Below are positions 1 to 15,000 of a DNA stretch of 64,000 nucleotides, piece by piece (positions within the stretch are counted from its first letter, which is position 1; the number at the start of each line of letters is the position of its first letter). The stretch lies in assembly GCF_009914755.1 (NCBI RefSeq), contig NC_060945.1. One strand, written 5' to 3'. The DNA is from the human T2T-CHM13v2.0 reference genome, Homo sapiens. A program made the translations under genes and the position numbers. Under the pieces are notes generated by a model. It worked only from the letters and a program-made list of their open reading frames with translations, ran no database searches and was not told the DNA's origin.

Positions 1-3000
1 TTGGCTACATTCCATTGGATTCCATTCCATTCGAATCAATTACATTGCAATCCGTTCCATTCAAGTCCGTTCTATTCCAGTCCATTCCAGTCCGGTCCAT
101 TCCATTCGATTCCATTCCATACTATTGCATTCCATTTGATTCCATTCTATTCTAATAAATTCCATTCGAGACCATTCCTTTCGAGTCCTTTCTATTTGAG
201 GCCATTCCATTCGAGTCCATTACATTTGTGGCCATTCCATTCCATTACATTCAATTCGTTGCCATTGTATTCCATTCTATTCCATTTAAGTCCTTTCCAT
301 TCGAGTCCATTCCATTCCATTCCATTCGATGACATTCAATTCGATTCTTTTCATTCACTTGGTTCCATTTCATTCCATTCCATCGGATTCCTTTCCATTC
401 TTCTCCTTTCCATTCCATTCCATTCCATTCCATCGGATTCCATTCCATTCTTTTCCATTCCATTCCATTCCATTGCATTCTATTCCATTTTTTTCCATTC
501 CATTTGAGTCCATTCCACTCCAATCCATTCCCTTCGCGTCCATTCCATTCCAATCCATTCCATCAAGTGCATTCCATTCCATTCGATATCTTTCAATTAC
601 AATCCATTCCATTCTATTCCTTTCTATTCCGTTCATTTCCTTTCTATTACATTCCATTCGATTCCATTCCATTCGACTCCACTGAAATCAAGTCCATTCC
701 ATTCCATTCCGTTCTGTTCGATTCAAATCTGTTCGATTCCATTTTGTTCCAGTCCATTCCATTCGAAGCCATTCCATTCCAGTCCATTCCATTCGATTCC
801 ATTCCACTTGATTCCACTCCGTTCCATTCCATTGCATTGCATTCCATTCTATTCCATTCCATTGCATTCCATTCCATTCCATTTGATTCCATTACATTCG
901 ATTCCATTCCATTTGAATCAATTAGATTGCAATCCATTACTTTCTAGTCCATTCTATTCCAGTCCATTCCATTCCATTCCATTCCATTCGATTCCATTCT
1001 ATTCCATACTATTGCATTGCATTCGATTCCATTCTATTCAAATAAATTCCATTTGAGTCCATTCCTTTCGAATCCATTCTTATTGAATCCATTCCATTCA
1101 AGTCCATTACATTTGTGTCCATTCCATTCCACTCCATTCCATTCCATTCAATGCCATTCCATTTGATTCTATTCCATTCAATTCCACTCCATTCGAGTCC
1201 TTTCCATTCCATTCCATTCCACTGGATGCCATTCAGTTCGATTATATTCCATTCGACTCCATTCCATTCCATTCCACTCGATGCCATTCAGTTCGATTAT
1301 ATTCCATTCAATTCCATTCCATTCCATTCTGTTCCATCTGATTCCATTCCATTCTATTTCTTTCCATTCCACTCCATTCTATTCCATTCGTTTCCATTCC
1401 ATTCGAATCCATTCCACTCCAATCCATTCCATTCGACTCCATTCCATTCCAGGCCATTCCATTCGAGTCCATTCCATTCAAATCCATTCCACTCGAATCC
1501 ATTCCATTCGACTCCATTCCATTCCAGGCCATTCCATTCGAGTCCATTACATTCCATTTGATATCTTTCGATTATGCTCTATTCCATTCTATACCTTTCG
1601 ATTCCATTAAATTCCATTAAATTCAATGCCATTCCATTCGTTTCCATTCCATTTGAATCCATTCCCTTCGAGTCCATTCCATTCCATTCCATTCCATTAA
1701 ATTCCATTACGTTCTATCTCAGTCCTTTTGATTCCATTTTGTTCCAGTCCATTCCACTCGATTCCATTCCATTGCATTCAATTCCTTTCCATTCGATTCC
1801 ATTCCTGTCATTTCCACTCCATTCCATTCCATTGAATTGCATTATATTCCATTCCATTGCATTCCATTACATTCCATTTGATTACATTCCATTCGAATCC
1901 ATTCCATTAGAATAAATTACTTTCCAATCCATTACATTTGAGTCCGTTCTATTCCATTCCATTCCATTCCGTTCCCTTCCATTCGATTTCATTCCTTAAT
2001 ATTGCCTTCCTTTCTATTCCATTCTAATCGAGTAAATTTTTTTCGAGAACATTCTTTCGTGTCCATTCTATTTGAGTACATTCCATTAGAGTCCATTACA
2101 TTTGGGTCGATTCCATTCCATTCCATTCGATACCGTTCCATTGTATTCTATTCCATACGAGTCCATTCAATTCGAGTTGATTCCATTCCATTCCATGCCA
2201 TTCACTTCCACTTGATGCCATTCCATTTGATTATATTCCATTTGACTCCATTCCATTCCATTCCATCCAATTCCATTCCTTTAAATTCCTTTGCATTCCA
2301 TTCCGTTCCATTCCATTCCTTTCCATTCGTTTCCATTACATATGAGTCCATTCCACTCCAATCCATTCCATTCATGTCCATTCCATTCCAGTCCATTCCA
2401 TTCGTGTCCATTACATTCCATTACATTCCATTCGATATCTTTCCATTACAATCCATTCCATTATATTCCCTTCAATTCCATTGAATTCCATTCTATTCGA
2501 TTCCACTACATTTGATTCCATTCCATTCGACTCCAATCCATTCGAGTCCATTCCATACCATTCTATTTCATTCCATTCCGTTTGATTCCTATCCATTCAA
2601 TTCCATTTTGTTCCAGTCCATTCCATTCGTGTCCATTCCATTCCATTCCATTCCAATCGATATCTTTCCATTACACACAATTCCACTATATTCTTTTCGA
2701 TTCCATTCAATTCCATTACATTTGATTCCATTACATTCGATTCCATTTGATTCGATTCCATTGCACTCGATTCCACTACATTCCTTTCCATTGCATTCTA
2801 TTCTATTCAATTCGATTGCCTTCCATTCCATTCCATTAAATTACATTCCATTCAATTGCATTCCATTAGAATCAATTACTTTGCAATCCATTACATTCGA
2901 GTCCATTCTATTCCAGTCCATTTCATTCCATTCCATTCCTTTCTATTCCATTCCACACAATTCCATTCCATTCGATTCCATAGTATTCGAATAAATTCCA

Positions 3001-6000
3001 TGAAAGACCATTCCTTTCTACTCCATTCTATTCCATTCCATTCGAGTACATTCTATTTGATTAGATTCCATTCGACTCCATTCCACTCGATTCCACTCTG
3101 TTCCATTTCATTGCATTCCATTCTGTTCCATTTGATTGCGTTCCATTCCATTCTATTTGCTTACATTCCATTCGATTCCATTCCATTTGAAACAATTATA
3201 TTGCACTCCACTACAATCGAATCAGTTCCATTCCAGTCCATTCCATTCCATTCCATTCCATTCCATTCCATTCCATTCCATTCAATTCCATTCCATTCGA
3301 TTCCATTCCATACTATTTTATTCCATTTGATTCCATTCTATTCTAATACATTCCATTTGAAACCATTCCTTTCGAGTCCATTCTCTTTGACTCCATTCCA
3401 TTCGAGTCCATTCCTTTTGAGTCCATTCCATTCCATTCCACTGCATTCCATTCCATTTGATGCCATTGCATTCTATTATATTACATTCGAGTAGATTCCA
3501 TTCAAGTCCATTCCTTTGCATTCCATTCCGTTCCATTCCATTGCATTCAATGCCATTCCATTAGATTCTATTCCATTCGACTCCATTACTTTCAATTCCG
3601 TTCCATCCTATTCCATTCCATTCTATTCTATTCCATTCCATCCCTTTCCTTTCAATTCGTTTCCATTCCATTTGAGTCCATTCCACTGCAGTCCATTCCA
3701 TTCAAGTTCATTCTATTCCAGTCCATTCGAGTCTATTCTATTCCATTCCATTCCATTGGATATCTTTACATGACACTCTCATTCATTCTATTCCTATTGA
3801 ATCCATTCCATTCCATTCCATTCGGTTCCATTCCATTCGATTCCATTCCATTCCAGTCCATTGCATTGCATTCCATTCCATTCCATTCCGTTCCATTCGA
3901 TTCCAATCCTTTTGTCTCCATTTTGTTTCAGTCCATTCCATTCCATTCCATTCCATTCCATTCCATTCCATTCTATTCTGTTACATTTGATCCTGTTCCT
4001 TTCGATTCCATTCCACTCGATTGCACTCTGTTCCATTTTATTGCATTCCGTTCAATTCCATTCCATTGCATACTTTCCATTCCATTTGATTACATTCCAT
4101 TTGAATCCCTTCCATTCAAATCAGTTGTATTACAATCAATGACATTCAAGTCCGTTCTATTCCAATTCATTCCATTCTGGTCAATTAAATTTGATTTCAT
4201 TCCATTTGATTCCCTTCCATCCTATTGAATTCCTTTCGATTCCATTCTATTTGAATAAATTCCTTTTGAGATCATTCCTTTCGTGTTCATACTATTTGAT
4301 TCCATTCCATTCGTGTCCATTAAATTTGGGTCCATTCCATTCCTTTCCATTCCCCTTGATGCCATTCCATTCTGTTGTAATTCATTCGAGTCAATTCCAT
4401 TCGAGTCCATTCCATTCCATTCGACGCCATTCCATATGATTCTATTCCATTCGAATCCATTCCTTTCCATTCCGTTCCATCTGATTCCATTCCATTCTAT
4501 TGCTTTCCATTCCATTCCATTCCTTTCCATTGCATTCGAGTCCATTCCACTCCAGTCTGTTCCATTTGAGTCCATTCCATTCCATTCCATTCCATTCCAT
4601 TCCATTCCATTCGAGTCCATTCGATTCCATTCGATATCATTCCATTTCACTCTATTCCATTCTATTCCTTTCAATTACATTCAATTCCATTCCATTCGTT
4701 TCCATTCCATTCTATTACTTTCCATTCGACTCCATTCCTTTGGAGTCCAATCCATTTAATTCCATTCCATTACATTCCATTCCGTTTGATTCCAATCCGT
4801 TCAATTCCATTTTGTTCCAGTCCATTCCATTCGATTCCATTCCATTCCCGTCCATTCCATTTGATTCCAGTCCTTTCGAGTCAATTCTATTCCATTCCAT
4901 TCCATTGGATATCTTTACATTACACTCCCTTTCATTCTATTCTTTCAATTCCATTCAATTCCATTCATTCGGTTCCATTCCATTCGACTCCATTCCATTC
5001 GAGTCCATTCCATTCCATTCCATTCCATGCCATTCGATTCTAATAGGTTCGAATCCATTTTGCCCCAGTCCATTACATTCGAGTCCATTCCATTCGATTC
5101 CATTCAGTTCGATTCCATTCCATTCAATTCCATTCCACTCGATTCCACTCCTTTCCATTCCATTACATTCCATTCTATTCAATTCCATTGCATTCCATTC
5201 CATTCCATTCCATTTAATTATTTTCCATTCGATTCCATTCCATTCGAATCAATTACATTACAGTCCATTACATTCAAGTCCATTCTATTCCAGTCCATTC
5301 CATTCCGGTCCATTCCATTCGATGGAATTCCATTTGATTCCATTCCATTCTATTGCATTCCATTCGAGTACATTCAATTCGAATAAATTCCATTCTAGAC
5401 CTTTCCTTTCGAGTCCATTCTATTTCTGCATTGTATTCGAGTCCACTACATTTGGGTACATTCCATTCCACTCCGTTCCATTCTATTCCAATCCATTCCA
5501 TTCCATTCCATTCCATTCGATGACATTCCATTCAATTGTATTCCTTTTGACTCCATTCCGTTCCATTCAGTTCCATCCAATTCCATTCCATTCTATTCCT
5601 TTCCGTTCCATTCCATTCCATTGCATCCCATTCCTTTCCATTTCATTCGAGTCCATTCCTCTCCAGTCCATTCCATTCGAATCCATTCCATTCCAGTCCA
5701 TTCCATTGGAGTCCATTCCATTCAATTGCATTCAATATATTTCCATTACACTCCAATCCATTTTATTTCTTTTGATTCCATTCAATTCTATTCCATTCAA
5801 TTCCATTCCATGTGATTCCATTCCATTCGAATCTATTGCATTCAATTCTTTTCAATTCGATTCCATTCCACTCGATTGCACTCCGTTCCATTCCATTGCA
5901 TTCCATTCTATTTCATTCAATTGCATTCCATTCCTTACCATTTGATTACATTCCATTTGATTCCATTCAACTCGAATCAATTATATTGCAATCCGTTACA

Positions 6001-9000
6001 TTCGAGTACTTTCTATACCAGTCCATACCATTCCACTCCAATACATTCGATTCCATTCCATTTGATTCCAATGTATACTATTTCATTCCATTCCAAAATA
6101 TTGCATTCCTTTCCATTCCATTCTATTCGAATAAATTCCTTTCGAGACCATTCCATTCGGGTCCATTCTATTTGATTCCATTCCTTTCGAGTCCATTACA
6201 TTTGCATCCATTCCATTCCATTGCATTCCACTTGATGCTATTCCATTCTGTTCTATTTCATTCGAGTCCATTGCATTTGAGTCCGTTCCACTCCATTCCA
6301 TTCCATTCCATTCGACTTCATTCCATTAGATTCTACTCCATTCGAATCCATTCCTTTCCATTCCGTTCCATCCGATTCCATTCCATTCTATTCCGTTCCA
6401 TTCCATTCCATGCCATTTGTTTCCATTCCATTCGAATCCATTCCACTCAAGTCCATTCCATTCGAGTCCATTCCAATTCAGTGCATTCCATTCGATTCCA
6501 TTCCATTCCATTCCATTCAGTTCCATCCAATTCCATTTCATTCTGCTCCTTTCCATTCCATTCCAGTCGTTTCCATTCATTCGAGTCAATTGCCCTCCAG
6601 TCCATTGCATTGGAATCCATTCCATTCGAGTCCATTGCATTCGAGTCCATTCCATTCAAGTCCATTCCATTCCATTCCATTCCATTCCATTCCATTCCAT
6701 TCCACACGATATCATTGCATTGCCCTCCATTCCATTCCACACGATATCTGTGCATTGCACTCTATTCCATTCCATTCCATTCCATTCAATTGTATTCCAT
6801 TCGATTCCATTCCATTTGATTCCATTTCATTATACTCCATTCCATTCGAGTCTATTACCTTCCATTCCATTAAATTCCATTTCTTTCCATTCGATTGCAC
6901 TGAGTTCTATTCCATTTTGTCCCAACTCCATTCCACTCGGTTCTATTCCATTCGAATACATTCCATTCCATTCCATTCCATTCCATTCCATTCCATTCCA
7001 TTCCTCTCGATTCCACTCTGTGGCAGTCCTTTGCTGTCCATTCTATTCCATTCCATTGTTTTCCATTCCATTCCTTTTGATTACATTCCATTCGATTCCA
7101 TTCCATATGAATCAATTACATTGCAATCCATTGCATTAGATTCCATTCTATTACAGTCCATTAAATTCTGTTCCATTCCACTCCATTCCAATACATTCGA
7201 TTCCATTCCATTCGGTTCTATTCCATTCGACTCCATTCCATTCCATTCCATCCGATTCCATTCCATTCTATTCCTTTCCATTCCTTTCCATTCTATTCCA
7301 TTTGTTTCCATTCCGTTTGAGTCCATTCCACTCCAACGCATTCCATTCAAGTCCTTTCCATTCCATTCTATTCCATTCCACTCTATTTGATTCACTTCCA
7401 CTCAATTCTACTCCGCTCCATTCCCTTGCATTGCATTCCATTCCATTCCTTTCCATTTCATTTGATTACATTCCATTCAATTCCTTTCCATTCAAATCAA
7501 TTACTTTACAATCAATTATATTTGTGTCCGTTCTAATCCATTCCATTCATTTCCAGTCCATTCCATTCGATTCCATTCAATTCGATTCCATTCCGTACTA
7601 TTGCATTCTGTTCGATTCCATTCTACTTGAATAAATTCCATTGGAGACCATTCCTATCTAGTCCATTCCATCTGAGTCCATTCCATTCGAGTCCATTACT
7701 TTTGTGACCATTCCAATATATTCCATTAAATTCCATTCGATTCTATTCCATGCGAGTCCATTCCATTCGAGTCCATTGCATTCCATTCCATTTGGTGCAA
7801 TTCCATTCTAATCTATTCCTTTCAACTCCATTAAACTCCATTCCGTTCCACCTGACTCCAATCCATTCTATTTCTTTCCGTTCCATTCCATTCCTTTTCA
7901 TTCCATTCCATTAGAGTCCATTCCACTCCAGCCTACTCCATTTGAGTCCATTCCACCCCAGTCCATTCCATTCGATTCCAATCCTTTCAAGTCTATTCCA
8001 TTCCATTCCATTCCATTCAATATCTTTCTATTACACTCCATTCCTTTCTACTCCTTTTGATTACATTCAATTCCATTCCATTTGTTTCCATTCCATTCTA
8101 TTCCATTCCTATCGACTCCATTCCATTCGAGTTCGTTGCATTCTATTCAATTCCCTTACATTCAATGCCACAGCATTCAATTCCATTTTGTTACAGTCCA
8201 TTCTATTCGAGTCCATTCCATTCCATATCATTCGATGCCATTCCATTCGATTCTATTCCATTCGACTCCCTTCCCTTCCTTTCCATTCCATCCGATTCCA
8301 TTCCATTCTATTCCTTTCCATTCAGTTCCATTGCATTACATTCAATTGCATTCCTTTCCATTTCATTCGTTTGTATTCCATTCGTCGCCATTCCATTCCA
8401 TTCCATTCCAACCGATTCCACTACATTCTACACTTTTCCGTTCAATTCCATTCCATTTCATTCCGTTCATTTCTGTTCCATTCGATTCCACTCCACTCCA
8501 GTCCATTCCATTCGAGTCCATTCCATTCGAGTCCAATCCATTCCTTTCCATTCGATATCTATCCATTACACTCCATTCCATTCAAATCATTTTGATTCCA
8601 TTCAATTCCAATCCACTCGATTCCATTTCATTCGATTCCATTCCATTCGACTCCATTCCATTCGATTCCAATCCATTCGATTTCATTCCATTACGTTCGA
8701 TTCCAATCCTTTCCTTCCCATTTTGTTGAAGTCCATTCCATTCGAGTCCCTTCCCTTCGAGTCCATTCATTTCGATTCCATTCCATTCGATTCCATTCCA
8801 CTCATTTCCACTCCATTCCATTCCATTGCATTCCATTCTATTCCATTCCACTGCATTCCATTCCATTCCATTTGATTACATTCCATTCAATTCCATTCCA
8901 TTCGAATCAATTACCTTACAATCCATTACATTCCAGTCTGTTCTATTCTAGTCCATTCCATTCCGGTGCATTACATTCAAATCCATTCCATTCGATTCCA

Positions 9001-12000
9001 TTCCATTTGTTTCCATTCCATACTATTGAATTCCATTCGATTCCATTATTTTCGAATAAATTTCATTCGAGACCATTACTTTCAAGTGCGTTCTATTTGA
9101 TTCCATTGCATTACAGTCCATTATGTTTGGTCCATTCCATTCCATTCCATTCGATGTCATTCCATTCTAGTCCATTCCATTCCTGTCCATTCCATTCGAG
9201 CAGATTCCATTCTATTCCAATCCATTCGATGCCATTTAATTCCATTCTATTCCATTCGACTCCGTTCCATACCATTCCATTCCATCCGATTTCATTCCAT
9301 TCTATTCCTTTCCATTCCATTCCATTCCATTTGATGCCATTCCAAATGATTCTATTCCATTCGAGTCCATTCCACTCGTGTCCAATCCATTCCATTGCAT
9401 TCCATTCCAATCCATTTGATGCGATTTAATTCCATTCTATTCCTCTCGACTCCGTTCCACTCCATTCCGTTCCATCCGTTTGCATTCCATTCTATTCCAT
9501 TCCATTCCATTTGTTTCCATTCCATTCGAGTCCTTTCCATTTTATTCCATTCCATTCGATATCATTCCATTACACCAAATTCCATTCTATTCATTTTGAT
9601 TTCATTCAATTCCATTTCATTTGATTCCATTCCATTCGGTTCCAATCCATTCGACTTCATTTGATTCAAGTCCATTCCATTCCAATCCATCCCTTTACAT
9701 TCCACTGGATTCCAATCCGTTTGATTCCATTTTGTTCCAGTCCATTCCATTGCAGTCCATTCCACTCCATTCCTTTCCATTCGATGGCATTCCATTTGAT
9801 TCCATTCCACTTAATTCCACTCCATTCCATTCCATTGCATTCCATTATATTCCATTCCATTGCTTACCATTCCATTCAATTTGATAATCTTAAATTCGAT
9901 TCCATTCCATACAAATCAATTACGTTGCAATCCAATACATTCGAGTCCATTCTATTCCAGTCCATTTCATTCCTGTCCATTCCATTCGATTCTATTCCAT
10001 TTGATTCCATTCCATACATTTGCATTCCATTCGATTCCATTCTGTTCAAATAAATTCCATTCGAGACCATTCTTTTTGAGTCCAATCTATTTAAGTCCAT
10101 TCCATTCGAGTCCATTATATTTGGGTACATTCCATTCCATTCCATTCCATTGCATTCCATTTCACTCGATGTCATTCCATTCGATTCTATTCCATTCTTC
10201 TCTATTCCATTCTATTTTGTTCAATTTGATTCCATTACATTCTAGTCCTTTCCATTCTATTGTTTCCATTCCTTTCGTTTCCATTCTATTCGAGTCCATT
10301 CCATTCAGGTCCATTCCTTTCCATTCCATTTGATGCCATTCCAATCGATTCTATTGCATTCGACTCCATTCCATTCCATTTCTTTCCATCCGATTCCTTT
10401 ACTTTCTATTCCTTTCCATTTCATTCCATTCCATTCTATTCCATTCCAGTCCATTCCATTCGAGTCCCTTCCATTGCATTCCATTCCACTCGATATCTTT
10501 CCATTACACCCAATTCCATTCTATTCCTTTCGATTCCATTCCATTCCGTTCCATTCCAATCCATTCCATTCGGTTCTATTCCATTTGACTCCATTCCTTT
10601 CGAGTCCGTTGCATTCCATTCAATCCCATTCTGTTAAATTCGATTCCAATCCTTTCGATTCCATTTTGTTGCAGTACATTGCATTCGAGTCCATTCCATT
10701 CCATTCCCTTCCATACCATTCGATGCCATTCCATTTGATTCTATTCCATTCGACTCCATTGAATTCCATTCAGTTCAATACGATTCCATTACATTCTATT
10801 CCTTTGCATTAAATTCCATTCCATTCCATTCCATTCCATTCCATTCCATTCGTTTCCATTCCTGTTGAGTCCATTCCAATCGAGTCCATTCCATTCCCGT
10901 CCATTCCATTCGATTCTATTCCATTCGATACCATTCTATAGTTTGCATTCCATTCGATTCCATTCTGTTCAAATAAATTCCATTCGAGACCATTCCTTTA
11001 GTGTCCATTCTATTTGGGTCCATTCCATTCGAGTCCATTACATTTGTGTCCATTCCATTCTATTCCTTTCTCTTTGATTCCAATCCATTTGATTCCATTT
11101 TTTTCCAGTCCATTCAATTCGAGTTCATTCCATTCCAGTCCATTCGATGACCTTGCAATCGATTCTATTCCATTCTGCTCCATTCCATTCCATTCCGTTC
11201 CAACCGATTCCATTTCATTCTATTCCTTTCCATTCCATTCCATTCCATTCCATTCCATTCCAATTGCTTCCATTGCATTCGATTCCAATCCACTCCAGTC
11301 CATTCCCTTCAAGTCCATTCCATTCCAGTCCATTCCTTTCGAGTCCATTCCAAGCAATTCCATTCGATGTTTTTCCATTACACTCCTTTCCATTCTCTAT
11401 CTTTAGATTCCATTCAGTTCCATTCCATTCAATTCAACTGCAGTCAATTAAATTCCATTTGACACCATTCCATTCGAGTTCATTCCACTCCAGTCCATTC
11501 CATTCGAGTCCATTCCCTTCCATTCCATTCTATTTGATAGCTTTCTATTACACTCCATTCCATTCTATTGCTTTGGATTCCATTCAATTCCATTCCATTC
11601 GATTCCATTCCATTTGACTCCATTCCATTCGAGTCCATTACAATCCATTCCATTCCATTCCATTCCAACGCTTTCGACTCCATTTTTTCCCGTCCATTAC
11701 CTTCAATTCCATTCCATTTGATTCCATTCTACTCGATTCCTCTCCGTTCCATTCCAATGCATTGCATTCTATTCCATTGCATAGCATTCCATTCCATTCC
11801 ATTTGATTACATTCCATTCTATTCCATTCCATTCATATCAATTACATTGCATTCCGTTAATTTGCAGTCCGTTCTATTCCATTCCATTCCATTCTGGTCC
11901 ATTCCATTCAATTCCATTCCATTCGATTCCGTTCCATACTACTGCATTCCATTCAATTACATTCTATTTGATTATATTCCATTCGAGACCATTCCATTCG

Positions 12001-15000
12001 AGTCCATTCTATTTGAGTACATTCCATTTGAGTCCATTATATTTGGGTCCATTCCTTTCCATGCCATTCCATTCCACTCGATTCCATTCCATTCGATTAT
12101 ATTCAATTCGAGTCCATTCCACTCGAATTCATTCCATTCCATTCCATTCCATTCCATTCCATTCCAGTCCATTCCGTTTGATGCCATTCCATTCGACTCC
12201 ATTCCAGTCGAAGCCACTCCTGTCCACTCCATTCAATTCCATTCCTTTCTATTCCAATCCGTTTGATTCCATTTTGTGCCAGTCCATTCTATTGAAGTCC
12301 ATTCAATTCCAGTCCGTTCCATTCGATTCCATTCCATTTGATTCCATTCCACTCAATTCCACTCTGTTACATTCCATTGCATTCCATTCTATTCCATTCC
12401 ATTGCATTCCATTCCATTCTATTTGATTACATTGCATTCGATTCCATTCCATTCGATTCCATTCCATTCCAATCAATTATATGGCAATCCATTACATTCG
12501 AGTCCATTCTATTCTATTCCATTCCATTCCAGTCCATTCCATTCGATTACATTCCAGTCGATTCAATTCCATACTATTGCATTTCATTCGATTCCATTCT
12601 ATTTGAATAAATTCCATTAGTGACCATTCCATTTGAGTCCATTCTATTTGATTCAATTCCATTCGAGCCCATTACATTTCAGTCCAATCCATTCCATTCC
12701 TCTCCTTTCCAATACATTCGATGCCACTCCATTCAATTCTATTCCATTTGAGTCCATTACCTTCGAGTCCATTCCATTCCATTGCATTCCATTCGATGCC
12801 ATTCTACTCGATTCTATTCCATTTAACTCCAATTCTTTCCATTCCGTTCCATCCGATTCCTTTCTCTTCTATTCCTTTCCATTCTATTCAATTCCATTCC
12901 ATTCATTATATTTCCATTACACTCCATTCCATTCTATTCCTTTTGATTCTATTCAATTCCATTCCATTCGATTCCATTCCACTTGGTTCCATTCCATTCC
13001 ACTCCATTCCACTCCATTCCATTCGTTATATTTCCATCACACTCCTTTCCATTCTATTCCTTTCTATTCCATTCAATTCCATTCCATTCGATTCCATTCC
13101 ATTCGGTTCCATTCCATTCGACTCCAATCCATTCGACTCCGTTCCATTCCAATCCGTTCCGTTCATTTCGATTCCAATCCGCTCCATTACATTTTGTTCC
13201 AGTCCATTACATTCCAGTACATTCCATTCGATTCCATTCCATTCATTTGCATTCCATTCAATTCCATTCCACTCAATTCCACTCCGTTCCACTCCATTAC
13301 ATTCCATTCTATTCCATTCCATTGCACTCCATTCCATTCCATTTGATTACATTCCATTCGATTCCATTCCATTCGAATCAATTACATTGCAGTCCATTAC
13401 ATTCATGCCCTTTCTATTAAAGTCCAGTCCATTATGGTCCATTCCATTCCATTCTATTCCATTCCATTCGAATCAATTACTTTGCAATCCATCACATTCG
13501 AGTACGTTCTGTTCCAGTCCATTCAATTCTGGTCTATTCCATTCAATTCCACTCCATTTGATTCCATTCCATTCTAGTACATTCCGCTGGATTCCATCCT
13601 ATTCAAATAAGTTCCATTCGAGACCATTTCTTCGAGTCAAATCAATTTGAGTCCATTCCATTCAAGTCCATTACATCTGGGTCTATTCCATTCCATTCCA
13701 TTCCATTCCATTCGATGCCATTCAATTTGATTCATTTCCTTTCAACTCCATTCCATTCCATTCAGTTCCATCCGATTCCATTCCATTGTATTCCTTTCCA
13801 TTTCATTGCATTCCATTCCATTCCACTGGAGACCATTCCACTCAAGTGCATTTCATTTGAGTCTATTCCATTCCATTCCATTCCATTCGATATCTTTCCA
13901 TTACACTTCATTCCATTCTATTCCTTTACAATCCATTCAATTCCATTCTATTTGATTCCATTCAATACAATTCCATTACATTCGACTCCATTTCATTCGA
14001 GTCCATTGCATTCCATTCCATTCCATTCCTTTATGTTCTATTCCATTCCATTCGATTCCGTTTTGTTCCAGTCCATTCCACTCGAGTCCATTGCATTACA
14101 GTGCAAACCATTTGATTCCATTCCATTCGATTCTATTCCACTCCGTTCCATTCCTTTGCGTTCCTTTCTATTCCATTCAATTGCATTCCATTCCATTCCA
14201 TTTGATTACATTCCATTGAATTCCAATCCATTTGAATCAATTACATTGCAGTCCATTACATTCGAGTTTGTTCTATTCCAGTCCATTCCACTCTGGTGCA
14301 TTCCATTCGATTCCATTCCATTTGATACCATTCCATACTATTGCATTCCATTCGATTCCATTCCATTCGATACCATTCCATACTATTGCATTCCTTTCGA
14401 TTCCATTCTTTTCGAATAAATTCCATTCGAGACCATTCCTTTCGTGTCCATTCTATTTGACTCCATTCTATTCAAGTCCATTAAATTTGTGCACATACCA
14501 TTCCATTCCATTCGGTGCCATTCCAGTCCACTCTATTCCATTCAAGTCCATTACATTCGAATCCATTCCATTCCATTCGATGCCATTCGATTCGATTCTA
14601 TTCCATTCGACTCCATTCCATTCCATTCCCTTCCAAACGGTTCCATTCCATTCTATTACTTTCCATTCCATTTCATTCCATTCCATTCCATTCCATTCCA
14701 TTCCATTCCATTCCATTTCGTTCCGTTCCTTTCTGTTCCGTTCCGTTTTGTTCCATTCCATTCCATTCCATTCCATTCCATTCCATTCCATTCCATTTCA
14801 TTCCATTCCATTCCATTTGCTTCCATTCCATTAGAGTCCATTCCACTCCAGTCCATTCCATTCGTGTCCATTCCATTCGTGTCCACTGCATTCCATTCCA
14901 CTCCATTCCATATTATTCCATTACACTCCATTCTATTCTGTTACTTTCATTTCCATTCAATTCCATTCCATTTGATTCCATCCCACTCGGTTTCATTCCA

